Position numbers and translations under genes: made by a program
The notes under the pieces: generated by a model
What the model was told of the DNA's origin: nothing
Databases searched by the model: none
Seen by the model: only the letters and a program-made list of their open reading frames with translations
Source: Bdellovibrionaceae bacterium UBA3535
GTDB lineage: Bacteria; Bdellovibrionota; Bdellovibrionia; Bdellovibrionales; UBA840
Assembly: GCA_002376845.1 (NCBI GenBank)
Contig: DFOS01000026.1
Coordinates: 66,327 to 130,326 of the forward strand
Length of the DNA: 64,000 bases
Direction of reading: 5' to 3'
Shown here: positions 36,924-46,930 of the stretch, one piece after another
How the letters are laid out: every line of letters starts with the position of its first letter
Numbering within the stretch: the stretch's first letter is position 1

Positions 36924-37997
36924 TTAGTGTTTTGCCGAGGCGAAGACGCGCTTTAAGGCAGCTTGCCTTTGACGCTTTTTGTATTCCCCGTGTGCAGCAA
37001 TCCCCTTTGTATTTAGCTCATGGGTATGCTTATCAATGATCTGTACTTCGTAAGGAAAAAAGAAACGGAGATTCTTTTTTCCAATGGGAATATTTACCAT
37101 ATGCCGTGCTATAAATTTTATGGACCTATATTCACCGGCGGAATAGTCGTTTTCTTTGAAAGTATACCCAAGATCTTCATCCGACCACTTTTCCAAACTT
37201 TTCCAAAGCAGAGCGTCGATCTCCTCTTCCGAATGACTGCGCTCTTGCAAGGACAACTTATCCATCACATCAAAAAAAACATTCAATGGGAACAATGTAT
37301 TTTTAGACTGATCCGGAGTGATGTTGGGCACGCTAATAATGTGCTCACTAATAAGATAGTCGAGTACACGAAAACAATCATAAAGTGAATGGGTAACGAT
37401 TCGAACCCCCATTCTGTCCAGTATGTTCATAGCAAAAGCGTCTTTTTTTGCTAGCAACTTAATGGCTGCAGATGAGCGCGACTTGTACTTCTTAACATGA
37501 AAATCCTCTAAGTGAATGGTTCGGAGCTCATTTCCTAAATAAGGTCTTTGGTTTTCATCTTTATGTATATGGCCATAAAAAAGACCAAATATTTGATTCT
37601 GAATTTTATCAGAAAAGGTACGGAACAAGCCATTGCGCAAGTGATTGATTACATGCAAGACTCGCAAAACGGCACAAGCCCAAACTTGTTCTTCATCATC
37701 AATTTTCGACGATGCCTTGATAAGTAAATCGTAATAATCTTCTGCGCTATGCAAATCCAGAAAGGCTTGCGGTATCTGCTCTTCTTCCACCAGTAGTTCG
37801 GCTTTAAAAAATGCCAAGCCCTTTCTGTATATGCGATTTAGTTCTGCCAAATCCTTTTCATCTTTTAAGTCATAACCATAGGTCCATAAAAAATCGTAGG
37901 CTTGCTTGCGGTCTCGAATATGCAAACGCGGTATATCCAAAATGGAGAGACCGCCAATCACGGATACAAATAAGTCTTCTGGAAATTGATACTGCAT
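36924..37997 (-). CDS. RelA/SpoT-domain (alarmone-synthetase-like nucleotidyltransferase) protein, divergent
   Basis: 'VKKYKSRSSAAIKLLAKK...ILDRMGVRIVTHSLYDCFRVLDYL...GEYRSIKFI...YEVQIIDKHTHELN...HGEYKK' parallels the RelA_SpoT synthetase motif order RxKxxxS..K, DxxGxR, YxSxH, ExQxRT..H..YK. There are substitutions in the last two motifs. Confidence 0.55.
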   Translation of the reverse strand: MQYQFPEDLFVSVIGGLSILDIPRLHIRDRKQAYDFLWTYGYDLKDEKDLAELNRIYRKGLAFFKAELLVEEEQIPQAFLDLHSAEDYYDLLIKASSKIDDEEQVWACAVLRVLHVINHLRNGLFRTFSDKIQNQIFGLFYGHIHKDENQRPYLGNELRTIHLEDFHVKKYKSRSSAAIKLLAKKDAFAMNILDRMGVRIVTHSLYDCFRVLDYLISEHIISVPNITPDQSKNTLFPLNVFFDVMDKLSLQERSHSEEEIDALLWKSLEKWSDEDLGYTFKENDYSAGEYRSIKFIARHMVNIPIGKKNLRFFFPYEVQIIDKHTHELNTKGIAAHGEYKKRQRQAALKRVFASAKH

Positions 37998-38211
37998 AGA
38001 TGAATCTCAGTCGTAATAGCTTTAATACACACCAATTCTACTGATGGGGAAACAGCAAAGCAAGTGCCAATCTTGATTCTGCAGCAATCAAAAAACCTAG
38101 TGGTTTAGGTGACTTAAATCGTTAGCTGTCAAAGATTTTTACAGCTCAAATACAATATAAGAGCTGTATAGGTGGCCCTGAGCTTGCTCTTATAATGGCT
38201 AGGAGAGAAAA

Positions 38212-38880
38212 ATGAAAAAAGCATTACTTCTAATACTATTAAGCTTATCCTTGATTGCCTGCGGCAGCGATGAGGATGCTAGGTCCAATTCCCCTGCCAA
38301 CAGCCCTACTGGTGACTCCAGTGCCAATGCGGGCTCAGAGGTTAGCACCAATCCCGTAGCGGCAGTTTACGTTAGCCCTACATACCTAAAAAATGCCTCC
38401 AATGAAGAGCTGGAAATGGCCGTTCGTAAGTTTATGACCATTGAAAACTTAGACGGTAAAAATGATGCCGACATTCAGCGAATTTTAGACAGCCAATATC
38501 TAGGTAGCATGATCAACGCCAAAGGCGCGGGTCAGGCAATACATATCGAACTCTTTATGGCCGAAGGCTCCTTATCAAGGCCAGATCTGGTAAAAGAAAA
38601 CGGAATCACCTTGCAGTTAACTATATATGATTCTTATGTAAAAGATTTTGGTTTTGCCCCCATGGTTTATACTTTTGGCAAAAATAAAGAGGGTGGCTTA
38701 CAGCAAAGTGTGGACTTTCAGTATAGTGGAAACAATATCAGCATTAAGTTTCGCGACAGTCTTAGTGAAATTATCATAAGCGGTAAAGTACAAAATGATC
38801 GCTTCATAGGTGAGCTAAGATTTCAACATAATACCAATTCCCTAGGCGACAAACTTGCCGATATCGACCTTCGAATTTAA
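38212..38880 (+). CDS. Lipoprotein of unknown function
   Basis: 222 aa, lipobox 'LSLIACG', Ser/Ala/Asn-rich linker. Confidence 0.6.
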   Translation: MKKALLLILLSLSLIACGSDEDARSNSPANSPTGDSSANAGSEVSTNPVAAVYVSPTYLKNASNEELEMAVRKFMTIENLDGKNDADIQRILDSQYLGSMINAKGAGQAIHIELFMAEGSLSRPDLVKENGITLQLTIYDSYVKDFGFAPMVYTFGKNKEGGLQQSVDFQYSGNNISIKFRDSLSEIIISGKVQNDRFIGELRFQHNTNSLGDKLADIDLRI

Positions 38881-39686
38881 ACCTGACACTGCGGGCAGTA
38901 AAAACTAGATCTACCTGCCTGCACGATTTTTTTTATTCTATGGCCGCAATGCTTGCATTCACATTCTGCCTTACCATAAACATACAATTGTCTTTGAAAA
39001 CTAGCCGCTCCCTCAATGTTTAGAAAGTCACGTATGTAAGAGCCGCCAGCCTGAATCGCCTTCTTTAGCACAACTTTTATATTTTCCACCAAGGCCTGGC
39101 TTTGCTTACGTGTTAGCTTAAAAGCTCTTTTGCTTGGACGTATACCACTTAAAAACAAAGCTTCGCTAGCATATATGTTCCCCACTCCAACGACAATTTT
39201 TTGATCCATGATAAAATTCTTTATAGCCTGCTGTTTTTTTCTTGTTTTAGCATATAAGTAATCCGCGCTAAAATCTTTACCCAAAGGCTCAGGCCCTAGA
39301 TGAGAAAAGAACTTGTGTTTTTGCCAATCTTTTTTGGGCAGCAAGCAAATGTAGCCAAATCGCCTAGGATCGTGAAAGGTGAAGACTTTGCCATTAGAAA
39401 ATTCAATTTGAATATGATCATGCTTTTGATTTCTCACACCTTCTCGCCAAGTGCCTGACATTCCCAGATGCGAAACCAATATATAGTCTTCAAACTCAAA
39501 CATTAAATACTTTGCTCTTCTTGAAATTCCCTTAAGGCTTTGGCGCTTTAACTTTTTGCCAATATTATCGGGCTCCGAAAAGCGCAGTGGGTACGGCGAT
39601 TGCCAATAATTGGACACACTAAGTCCTTGCTCTAAATTTTGCAAAAATCCATTTTTGACGGTTTCTACCTCGGGTAGTTCGGGCAT
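38877..39686 (-). CDS. mutM: Formamidopyrimidine-DNA glycosylase
   Basis: N-terminal 'MPELPEVETV', and a C-terminal zinc finger 'CKHCGHRIKKIVQAGRSSFYCPQCQ'. Confidence 0.9.
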   Translation of the reverse strand: MPELPEVETVKNGFLQNLEQGLSVSNYWQSPYPLRFSEPDNIGKKLKRQSLKGISRRAKYLMFEFEDYILVSHLGMSGTWREGVRNQKHDHIQIEFSNGKVFTFHDPRRFGYICLLPKKDWQKHKFFSHLGPEPLGKDFSADYLYAKTRKKQQAIKNFIMDQKIVVGVGNIYASEALFLSGIRPSKRAFKLTRKQSQALVENIKVVLKKAIQAGGSYIRDFLNIEGAASFQRQLYVYGKAECECKHCGHRIKKIVQAGRSSFYCPQCQV

Positions 39687-39835
39687 CTTCTTATTCTTCT
39701 TTCTAAATTGGCTTAAAGCCTACGGTATACTCGCTACCTATAAAACTTACAATGGTAATAATGCATTATAAGCAATCTATAGTTGCTATATAAATGGCCT
39801 GCTGCTACGCAAGTTTCAAATAGAACAGGGGAATC

Positions 39836-40552
39836 ATGAAATATTTTATTATACTTTTTGGCTTAGGCCTATTGCCACTCAGTGCAAAAGCAAATACCTG
39901 CCAAGATGTTTTTCGCGGCAAAACGACAAAGTGGGCGACAATAAAGGATTTTTTTAACGACAATAAAGGCCTTTATGACAAAACCAACGATGCTACTACC
40001 TTTTATCTAGGTGGGCATCTGAAGATTAAAACTAGCAGTAGAAAAATATATGATTCAAAACCTTTTGATGTAATAGAAGCCGAAATTCCCTATGCGTCTT
40101 TGAACTTTCAGTTTTTTACTAAAAAACCTGTAGCCATTGGAAACCAATGGCAATCGATGCCCGGATTGAGAGTCATGACCGAGGCTAGTTGGGGCAAATT
40201 TGAATTCGAAGTAAATGATAGTCATAACATAAACCAGGCCTCGCCATTTAAAGAGTCCATGAAGCGAGATCTGGAGATACTTAAAAAAGAATATGATGGT
40301 ATCGCAGATTTAAACGCGCATACCAGCATCACGGCCTTAGAGCAAAAACTATCCGGAGCATGGGAGATTCGCAGAGAAGACAATCTGTTAATCATTTCAG
40401 GATTTGAAGGTAGCCGCAGTTTGGAAATCTTACTAAGACGTGATCCAGAATCCGGCAATATTGTATCCGCCTATGCAGTAGAGAAAAATACGATAGAAAC
40501 AGACCTTGGAAAAATCGCGGAAGAATCTATTCTCGACTATTCATTTAAGTAA
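39836..40552 (+). CDS. Secreted protein of unknown function
   Basis: 238 aa, signal peptide 'MKYFIILFGLGLLPLSAKA'. Confidence 0.55.
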   Translation: MKYFIILFGLGLLPLSAKANTCQDVFRGKTTKWATIKDFFNDNKGLYDKTNDATTFYLGGHLKIKTSSRKIYDSKPFDVIEAEIPYASLNFQFFTKKPVAIGNQWQSMPGLRVMTEASWGKFEFEVNDSHNINQASPFKESMKRDLEILKKEYDGIADLNAHTSITALEQKLSGAWEIRREDNLLIISGFEGSRSLEILLRRDPESGNIVSAYAVEKNTIETDLGKIAEESILDYSFK

Positions 40553-40811
40553 ATTGTGTAGAGTTCATAACATAATTATACCCCCAATGAGAAGCAGATG
40601 ACTCATTACGATTCACTAAAAAAATATTTTTTGTCTTCCCTAATCTATTTTTTTAGATGAATCGTTCAGACTTTTTACAACCAGTGCCTATATCTTTCTT
40701 CACATACAAAGTTGTTGGCATCGTCAATATTTTTACCAATTAAATTCATAACTTATACTTTCTGCCTCTATGTCTAGTTGCTATACTAATAGCTAGTTAC
40801 AGGAGGACAAC

Positions 40812-41144
40812 ATGAGAAAACTATTGATCGCATTTGTATTATTCAACATTGGCTGTGCATCGGAGATTGAAACGATAAAGGCAACAGGCAGTGAAAAAGC
40901 AGCAAAAGCTTGCGTTGGTGAGTGTAGCGATAGCCCGCAAGAAGTTGTCGTGGTGGAATGCCCGGCAGGTTTTATGGAAGGAATCTATGTAGATGAACAA
41001 GACCTAGTAGATACCTTTGAAAGCATTCAAAATTACCAACAGTGTGTGCATCTGGATGGCAAGATGGTTACTAAGGAGCGCCTGCGACTTAGCCCAGCTC
41101 CAGCATGCATTGAATGCGAAAGCGTCGTTACATATTTAGAATAA
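40812..41144 (+). CDS. Small Cys-rich lipoprotein of unknown function
   Basis: 110 aa, lipobox 'LFNIGCA', and seven further Cys residues. AGGAGG lies 6 nt upstream of the ATG. Confidence 0.55.
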   Translation: MRKLLIAFVLFNIGCASEIETIKATGSEKAAKACVGECSDSPQEVVVVECPAGFMEGIYVDEQDLVDTFESIQNYQQCVHLDGKMVTKERLRLSPAPACIECESVVTYLE

Positions 41145-41156
41145 TGGACATCCCCA

Positions 41157-41208
41157 GGTTTTAGAAGAGAGGCTAATAAATTCAGGCCTCTGTTCTAAAA
41201 CCTTTTTT
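41157..41208. terminator. Long hairpin terminator between convergent genes
   Basis: GGTTTTAGAAGAGAGGC-loop-GCCTCTGTTCTAAAACC (about 16 paired positions) followed by T6 on the + strand. It sits between the stops at 41144 (+) and 41258 (-). Confidence 0.75.
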
Positions 41209-41257
41209 GTCTTCTTTGCAAAAACCTAGGCTCTATCTGACGGTTTTGAATATCAGA

Positions 41258-41683
41258 TTACTTATCAGTGGATTGACAAAGGGCTCTTGCGCTCAAAGCT
41301 GCATCGACACGTTTAGCCCCTTGCACGGGATTTATAACCATATAAGAGGTGCCTTTGATCTCTACTTTTTGAAGAGGTGCAAAAATGCAACTCCAAGTTT
41401 GAGAGCTAGTGTCTAGTGATGGCGCTGATTTTGATATTGTTAGCCAATTGGGGCCTAAACATCCACCTGTAATAAGAAGATCTCCCTTTAAGCACTTTGC
41501 ATCTACGCTTGCGCTAGATTTTAGATTTACATATCTAACGATAGCCAGATAACGGCCATTTTCATCCACGTCTGTATAAATACTTTGCGGTTCGAATGCC
41601 AAGGAATCTGTCGCCAAAACACTAACTGAGTAAACAAGGGAAGCAGAAAATGAAATTAAAATTTTCACGAATATTTTTTTCAT
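41258..41683 (-). CDS. Small secreted Cys-containing protein of unknown function
   Basis: 141 aa, signal peptide 'MKKIFVKILISFSASLVYSVSVLA'. Confidence 0.5.
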   Translation of the reverse strand: MKKIFVKILISFSASLVYSVSVLATDSLAFEPQSIYTDVDENGRYLAIVRYVNLKSSASVDAKCLKGDLLITGGCLGPNWLTISKSAPSLDTSSQTWSCIFAPLQKVEIKGTSYMVINPVQGAKRVDAALSARALCQSTDK

Positions 41684-41995
41684 CTTTATTTCCTATCTTA
41701 AAAATTAAAGCAACTGTACTTCTTGGTTAGCATTATATGTGTAAAAGTGTGCCAAAATCTGTCACTTGTAATTTATGCACGACTGTCAAAAATGAATACA
41801 TCGAAACCGAATGTCTAAGTCCTAAGTTTTAGTGAAAAGACTCTATAGAAACGAGTAAATACCTCAAATAACGCTCAAACCCCTCGATTTTTGGCTTTAT
41901 GAAAGGGACCCATTCTTTGAGACAGTTGGACCTGTCAGATCAAGTCAAAACGAGCTTTTGAATTTACCAGATCAGGTCTAGGTTTTTACATCTTA

Positions 41996-42436
41996 TTACT
42001 GAATGGCTATAATGGGTTGCCCAATACTTAAAAACAAACGAAACCATAAAACCAATAAGATTAGCGTCGACAAAGCAAATGGTATCAAGCGATGCATGAC
42101 ATGGTTGTAGGATAGATGAATGATACTATGTAGTAGTCGCATTGCTACATAAGCCCAAGCCAATTGTAGAAAAATTGTATCCACCGTATTGGTCAACATA
42201 ATCAATATGGACACAATATAAAACAAAATCGGCATTTGAAATAAATTATTGTAGTGATTGGATAACGCCATAACAGAAGCCGGGACTTCGTACCTAGTTT
42301 CGTAATACTTAAAATACCTTAAATCTACCTTCTCACTTTTGACTGCGCGGAACCGTATCAATGGCATAGCTAAGGTAACTCCAAAGGTTAAAAACACCAG
42401 AACAAAAGTAGGATATAGTATCTGCAAATCATACAT
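41996..42436 (-). CDS. MAPEG family membrane protein
   Basis: 146 aa with 4 TM helices. 'NHYNNLFQMPILFY' and 'MRLLHSIIHLSYNHVMHR' match the MAPEG layout. Confidence 0.6.
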   Translation of the reverse strand: MYDLQILYPTFVLVFLTFGVTLAMPLIRFRAVKSEKVDLRYFKYYETRYEVPASVMALSNHYNNLFQMPILFYIVSILIMLTNTVDTIFLQLAWAYVAMRLLHSIIHLSYNHVMHRLIPFALSTLILLVLWFRLFLSIGQPIIAIQ

Positions 42437-42492
42437 AATAAACTCCTTCCCTAGCCGTCACGCTCGCTCTTGTTGCAGCGGCAGTATGAATC

Positions 42493-43233
42493 TTAAATTA
42501 AGTGCTGAATGCGGGCGCGATATTGGTTTTCCAGTTCCTTATTGCGCTCTTCGCCCCCCTCGGTGTTGGCACTCTGGTAAACCGGCGGCGTCTTACCGTT
42601 TTCCGCATACAGCTCGCATATGCGCACCACCAATAATTCCGCTATCAATACATTCATCAAAGTTGATAAGGGGGCCACTTTTACATCCAAATTTGCAATT
42701 TTCACGCAAGCATCGCCATAGGGGGTTCCCGTATCAATAACATAATCGCAAATGCTATAAAGCTTTGGTACGCCACGATCGGGGCTTTGCTTAGAGTGGG
42801 TCAAAGAGGTAAAGGCAATGGTAGTCAGCCCTTTTTCGTTTGCCAATTGTGCTAGCTCCGATGTCACGGCATTCATACCAGAGTTAGAAGATAGCAAAAT
42901 GCACTCCCCTTCACGTAGATCGTGAGCATGAAAAATGGTGCTAGCGATACCTTTAGTACGCTCTAGTTTACTGACTCGCGAAGGTCCTTTGTGCGGCATC
43001 AAGTAGTCTTCTAATATTGCGTTCACAGGAACCAAGCCACCGGCACGGTGAAAAAGTTCTTCCGCAAGTGTATGGGAGTGTCCACTGCCAAAAACATGCA
43101 ACACTCCCCCGTTGTTTAAAGAACGATATATACTTGTCGCTATTTTTTCTAAAACAATGGATTGTTGATCTAATAACTCTTGGCAGCGATTAAATTCAGA
43201 AAAATAGCTTCTTTGGCCTTCACTAAAAGTCAT
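42493..43233 (-). CDS. SIS (sugar isomerase) domain protein, UPF0309-like
   Basis: 246 aa. 'LHVFGSGHSHTLAEELFHRAGGLVPVNAI' and 'ILLSSNSGMNAV'. Confidence 0.65.
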   Translation of the reverse strand: MTFSEGQRSYFSEFNRCQELLDQQSIVLEKIATSIYRSLNNGGVLHVFGSGHSHTLAEELFHRAGGLVPVNAILEDYLMPHKGPSRVSKLERTKGIASTIFHAHDLREGECILLSSNSGMNAVTSELAQLANEKGLTTIAFTSLTHSKQSPDRGVPKLYSICDYVIDTGTPYGDACVKIANLDVKVAPLSTLMNVLIAELLVVRICELYAENGKTPPVYQSANTEGGEERNKELENQYRARIQHLI

Positions 43234-43276
43234 AACTCAAGCTTAGGCACAAAGAAGCAAAAAGAAAAGTCCAGGA

Positions 43277-45451
43277 CTAGCTAGATTTTATATGCTGAAG
43301 CAGCGCCTCTGATGGCTGAAAACGTTTACCATAATTGTTGGAAAAGACTGCCAAATCATCTGCAATGCGATTAAAGCCAAGGCTTTCCGCATACTTTAAC
43401 AATCCACCGCGAAATGGAGGAAAGCCAGTTCCCATGATCATCGCCAAATCCACCGCATCAAAGGAATCTACAATGCCCTCATCCAGTGCAATCATCGCTT
43501 CATTGACCATGGCAAATACGCCCCGATGAACAAAGTCATCTTTGTTTTCAATTCTCTTACTTGGCTTGTTTAAACCTACAAAATCATAAACCGAGGAGTC
43601 TACACTTTCCTGCTTGCCTTTCTCATCGTAGGTATAAAAACCTTTACCAGTTTTAGTACCAAGACGCTTTGGATCTTGAGTTAACTTGGCCATCAACTCA
43701 CAAGGAGTGGCCCTGTCGCCAAAAGCTTCATGAAAGATCTTGGCAACCTTGACGCCAACATCCCAGCCTACTTCATCCATTAGACGCAGCGGCCCCATGG
43801 GCATTCCAAAATCAACATAGGCCTTATCGATGTCCTCTATGCTATAACCTTCCGACAATTGATAAACGGCTTCATTGAGATAAGGTAAAAGCAAACGGTT
43901 TACTATAAAACCTGGTCCATCCTTTACCACCACTGGGATTTTTCCCATGCGCTTGGATAATTCGTAAATCGTTGCCGTAACTTCATCGGAGGTTTTTTCT
44001 CCCCGAATCACTTCAATCAAAGGCATTTTGTGCACGGGATTAAAAAAGTGCATGCCTACAAAATTTTCGGGTCGAGGATGAGCCGTTGCCATCTCTGTAA
44101 CACTTAAGGAAGAAGTGTTGGTGGCGATAATGGTATTCTCGCCAGCATTGGCCGCGGTTTCGGCAATAACTTTCTTCTTGATATTCATATCTTCTACAAT
44201 GGCCTCAATCACCAAGTCCATGCGCTTAAACCCAGAATAGTCCAAGGTGCCGCTAATACGATCCATACGACGTGTGAATTCATAGCGATTGATCTTACGG
44301 CGCTGCTTTAACTTGTCCCAAATCTTTTTTGCCGCAACAAAGGCTTTGGATAAAGCGTCTTGGTTAAGATCCTTCACACGCACTTCTACGCCCTTATCTG
44401 CCGCTAACTGGGCGATGCCGCCGCCCATGGTACCGGCACCAAGAACCCCCATATGATGGATGGTGCGAGCCTTTACGTTGGGATCACTAACCCCATTTTG
44501 CTTCTTTATGTCCTCTGTTAAAAAGAATAAGCGAATCAAATTCTTTGATACATCCGTAATGGCGACTTCCGAAAAATACTTGGCCTCAATTTCTAAGGCT
44601 TTCAAAGTATTGGACATGCCGTATGTCTTTTTCACCGCATCTATGGCTTTAAGAGGAGCGGGATAATGACCTTTTGTAAGCTTCATCACCTGTTTGCGAG
44701 CCCCCGAGTAGACCAAGGGACGTCCTGCCACAGATTCTAAAAAGACATTCATCGCGCCTTTTGCCTTATAGTATTTCTTTCTTTTGCCCTTTGCGGCCGC
44801 TTCTTTTGCCAACTTCAAAGCACGCTCTCGAAGTAAATTGCTGGGTACGACTTCATCTACTAGGCCAATCTTAAATGCCTTTTTCCCATCCACGGCTTTG
44901 CCAGCCAGTATGATATCAAAAGCCGCTTGCAAGCCCACCACTCTGGGTAAACGCACGCAACCACCGAAACCAGGAATGATTCCCAGCTTCGTTTCTGGCA
45001 AACCAATCTTTGTGGCACTATCATCCGTTGCAATTCGGTAATCACAAGCTAGAATCATTTCACAGCCACCACCTAGGCAAGCTCCATGTACGGCAGCCAC
45101 CACAGGAATTGGCAGCTCTTCAAACTTATGAATGATCAATTGGCCACCGTGAGCTTTGTCGTAAGCATCTTCTTTGGTTGTAATATCTTTGATTTCATTG
45201 ATATCCGCGCCCGCAATAAAGATTTTTTCTTTCTTGGACATTAATACCACAGCTTTGAAATCCGAGCTTTTTAAGGTGTCTAATAGCTCCTCTAATTTTT
45301 TCATCACCGGAGAAGAAAGTTTGTTCACCTTCTCGCCTGGCAAATCCAGCTCCACAATTGCAACTTCACCTTCATGACTTAAGTGAATTCCCACATCTTG
45401 CAAGGCACTTCCCCCTGTTTCACTTTTAATACGATCTAATGACTCTGACAT
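43277..45451 (-). CDS. fadJ: Fatty-acid oxidation complex alpha subunit (enoyl-CoA hydratase / 3-hydroxyacyl-CoA dehydrogenase)
   Basis: 724 aa. Crotonase N-domain 'IFIAGADINEI...AAVHGACLGGGCEM'. HAD domain 'MGVLGAGTMGGGIAQ' and 'TNTSSLSV'. Confidence 0.85.
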   Translation of the reverse strand: MSESLDRIKSETGGSALQDVGIHLSHEGEVAIVELDLPGEKVNKLSSPVMKKLEELLDTLKSSDFKAVVLMSKKEKIFIAGADINEIKDITTKEDAYDKAHGGQLIIHKFEELPIPVVAAVHGACLGGGCEMILACDYRIATDDSATKIGLPETKLGIIPGFGGCVRLPRVVGLQAAFDIILAGKAVDGKKAFKIGLVDEVVPSNLLRERALKLAKEAAAKGKRKKYYKAKGAMNVFLESVAGRPLVYSGARKQVMKLTKGHYPAPLKAIDAVKKTYGMSNTLKALEIEAKYFSEVAITDVSKNLIRLFFLTEDIKKQNGVSDPNVKARTIHHMGVLGAGTMGGGIAQLAADKGVEVRVKDLNQDALSKAFVAAKKIWDKLKQRRKINRYEFTRRMDRISGTLDYSGFKRMDLVIEAIVEDMNIKKKVIAETAANAGENTIIATNTSSLSVTEMATAHPRPENFVGMHFFNPVHKMPLIEVIRGEKTSDEVTATIYELSKRMGKIPVVVKDGPGFIVNRLLLPYLNEAVYQLSEGYSIEDIDKAYVDFGMPMGPLRLMDEVGWDVGVKVAKIFHEAFGDRATPCELMAKLTQDPKRLGTKTGKGFYTYDEKGKQESVDSSVYDFVGLNKPSKRIENKDDFVHRGVFAMVNEAMIALDEGIVDSFDAVDLAMIMGTGFPPFRGGLLKYAESLGFNRIADDLAVFSNNYGKRFQPSEALLQHIKSS

Positions 45452-46747
45452 CTACGCCTCTCTTTCCACGACCATAGCGCCGCCCTGACCGCCACCGATA
45501 CATAGGGTGGCTAAGCCAAACTGCACATCACGGCGTTGCATCTCTTTAATCAATGTAAGTACAATTCTTGTTCCTGTAGTGCCAACAGGGTGTCCCAATG
45601 CAATGGCACCACCGTTTACATTTAAAATTTCAGGATCGATTTCTCCCAATGCTTTATCCAAGCCCAATTCGCGCTCGGCAAAAACATCCGAACCAAAAGC
45701 CTTTAAGCAAGCCAGTACCTGTGCGGCAAAAGCTTCATTCAGCTCCACCAAACCAATATCTTTCATACTTAAGCCGGCTCGCTTTAGTGCAATGGGAGTA
45801 GAGTAAACCGGCCCTAGCCCCATCTCTTTTGGATCCAAGCCGGCAAAGCCATAAGAACGAATCTTGGCAATGGGCTTGTAACCCAAGGCCTCCGCCTTTT
45901 CACGTGACATCAACAGAAGCATGGCGGCCCCGTCGGTGATGGGACAAGAATTTCCTGGTGTGATGGTCCCATATTTTTTATCAAAAAATGGCTTCAGCTT
46001 TTGCAGGGCCTCCATACTCTGCCCTTCCCGCGGTCCAATGTCCTCATCCAAAGATTCCTTGTAGTCCGGCGGCAAAAATACGGGGGTCATCTCCTCGTGC
46101 AATTTTTCTTTTCCCGCAATGGCGCGCTGATGCGACCGAAGAGCGTATTCGTCTTGCTCTTTTCGACTAATTTCGAATTTTTTAGCCAGAACCTCTGCCG
46201 TTTGCCCCATATTCAAGCCGCAAAAAGGATCTGTCAGACCTTCCAAAATGGCGACTCTAGGAGCAAAAAAATCGGTAAATTTGAATTCACTTAAAACCGC
46301 AAGCTTTGCTGCAGGAGTTTTTGCCGCCATCAATTTACCAAAAGAATCTTGCAAAGCTTTTGAGTAAATAAGGGGCATGTTCGACATGGACTCTGTACCA
46401 CCTGCTACAATTACATCCATCGTGCCGGATTTGATTTTCTCATAACCATTGCTCACGCTCTGCAATGCGGAGGCGCAATTTCGATGGACTGTGTAGGCAC
46501 TAGTTTTTTGCGGAAAACCAGATTTTAGAGCCACCACTCGCGCAATGTTCACCGCATCGGAGGGGCTGCCTGTATTCCCAATGATTACCTCATCCACCAA
46601 GTCCACATCTAGGTTTGCCTTGGCTACTAAATCCGTAAGCGCAGCCTTGCCGAGATCCGCTGCATGTACATTTTTTAACTTGGTGCCGGCTTTGGCAAAG
46701 GGGGTTCGAACTCCCTCTACGATCACCACATCTCTTGGACTAGTCAT
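45452..46747 (-). CDS. fadI: Acetyl-CoA C-acyltransferase (thiolase, FadI-like)
   Basis: 'VHRNCASALQS' holds the active Cys. The C-terminal 'NVNGGAIALGHPVGTTG' and 'ATLCIGGGQG' are thiolase motifs. AAGGAG lies 5 nt upstream of the ATG at 46747, and the stop abuts fadJ. Confidence 0.85.
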   Translation of the reverse strand: MTSPRDVVIVEGVRTPFAKAGTKLKNVHAADLGKAALTDLVAKANLDVDLVDEVIIGNTGSPSDAVNIARVVALKSGFPQKTSAYTVHRNCASALQSVSNGYEKIKSGTMDVIVAGGTESMSNMPLIYSKALQDSFGKLMAAKTPAAKLAVLSEFKFTDFFAPRVAILEGLTDPFCGLNMGQTAEVLAKKFEISRKEQDEYALRSHQRAIAGKEKLHEEMTPVFLPPDYKESLDEDIGPREGQSMEALQKLKPFFDKKYGTITPGNSCPITDGAAMLLLMSREKAEALGYKPIAKIRSYGFAGLDPKEMGLGPVYSTPIALKRAGLSMKDIGLVELNEAFAAQVLACLKAFGSDVFAERELGLDKALGEIDPEILNVNGGAIALGHPVGTTGTRIVLTLIKEMQRRDVQFGLATLCIGGGQGGAMVVEREA

Positions 46748-46930
46748 TTCAACTCCTTGTTTTGAAAACCACATAAATGTAACGCAGAACTTTTTATCTT
46801 TGCACGAGTTTTTAGTTAATCATCCTAGAAACTAAGCATGTACAATGCAGTCCATTAATTCGTAGAAGAAGGTCTTTACCGCCATAAGACTAAGTTTTAT
46901 CTTTAACGGATATCACAGCAGGAGGTGCGT

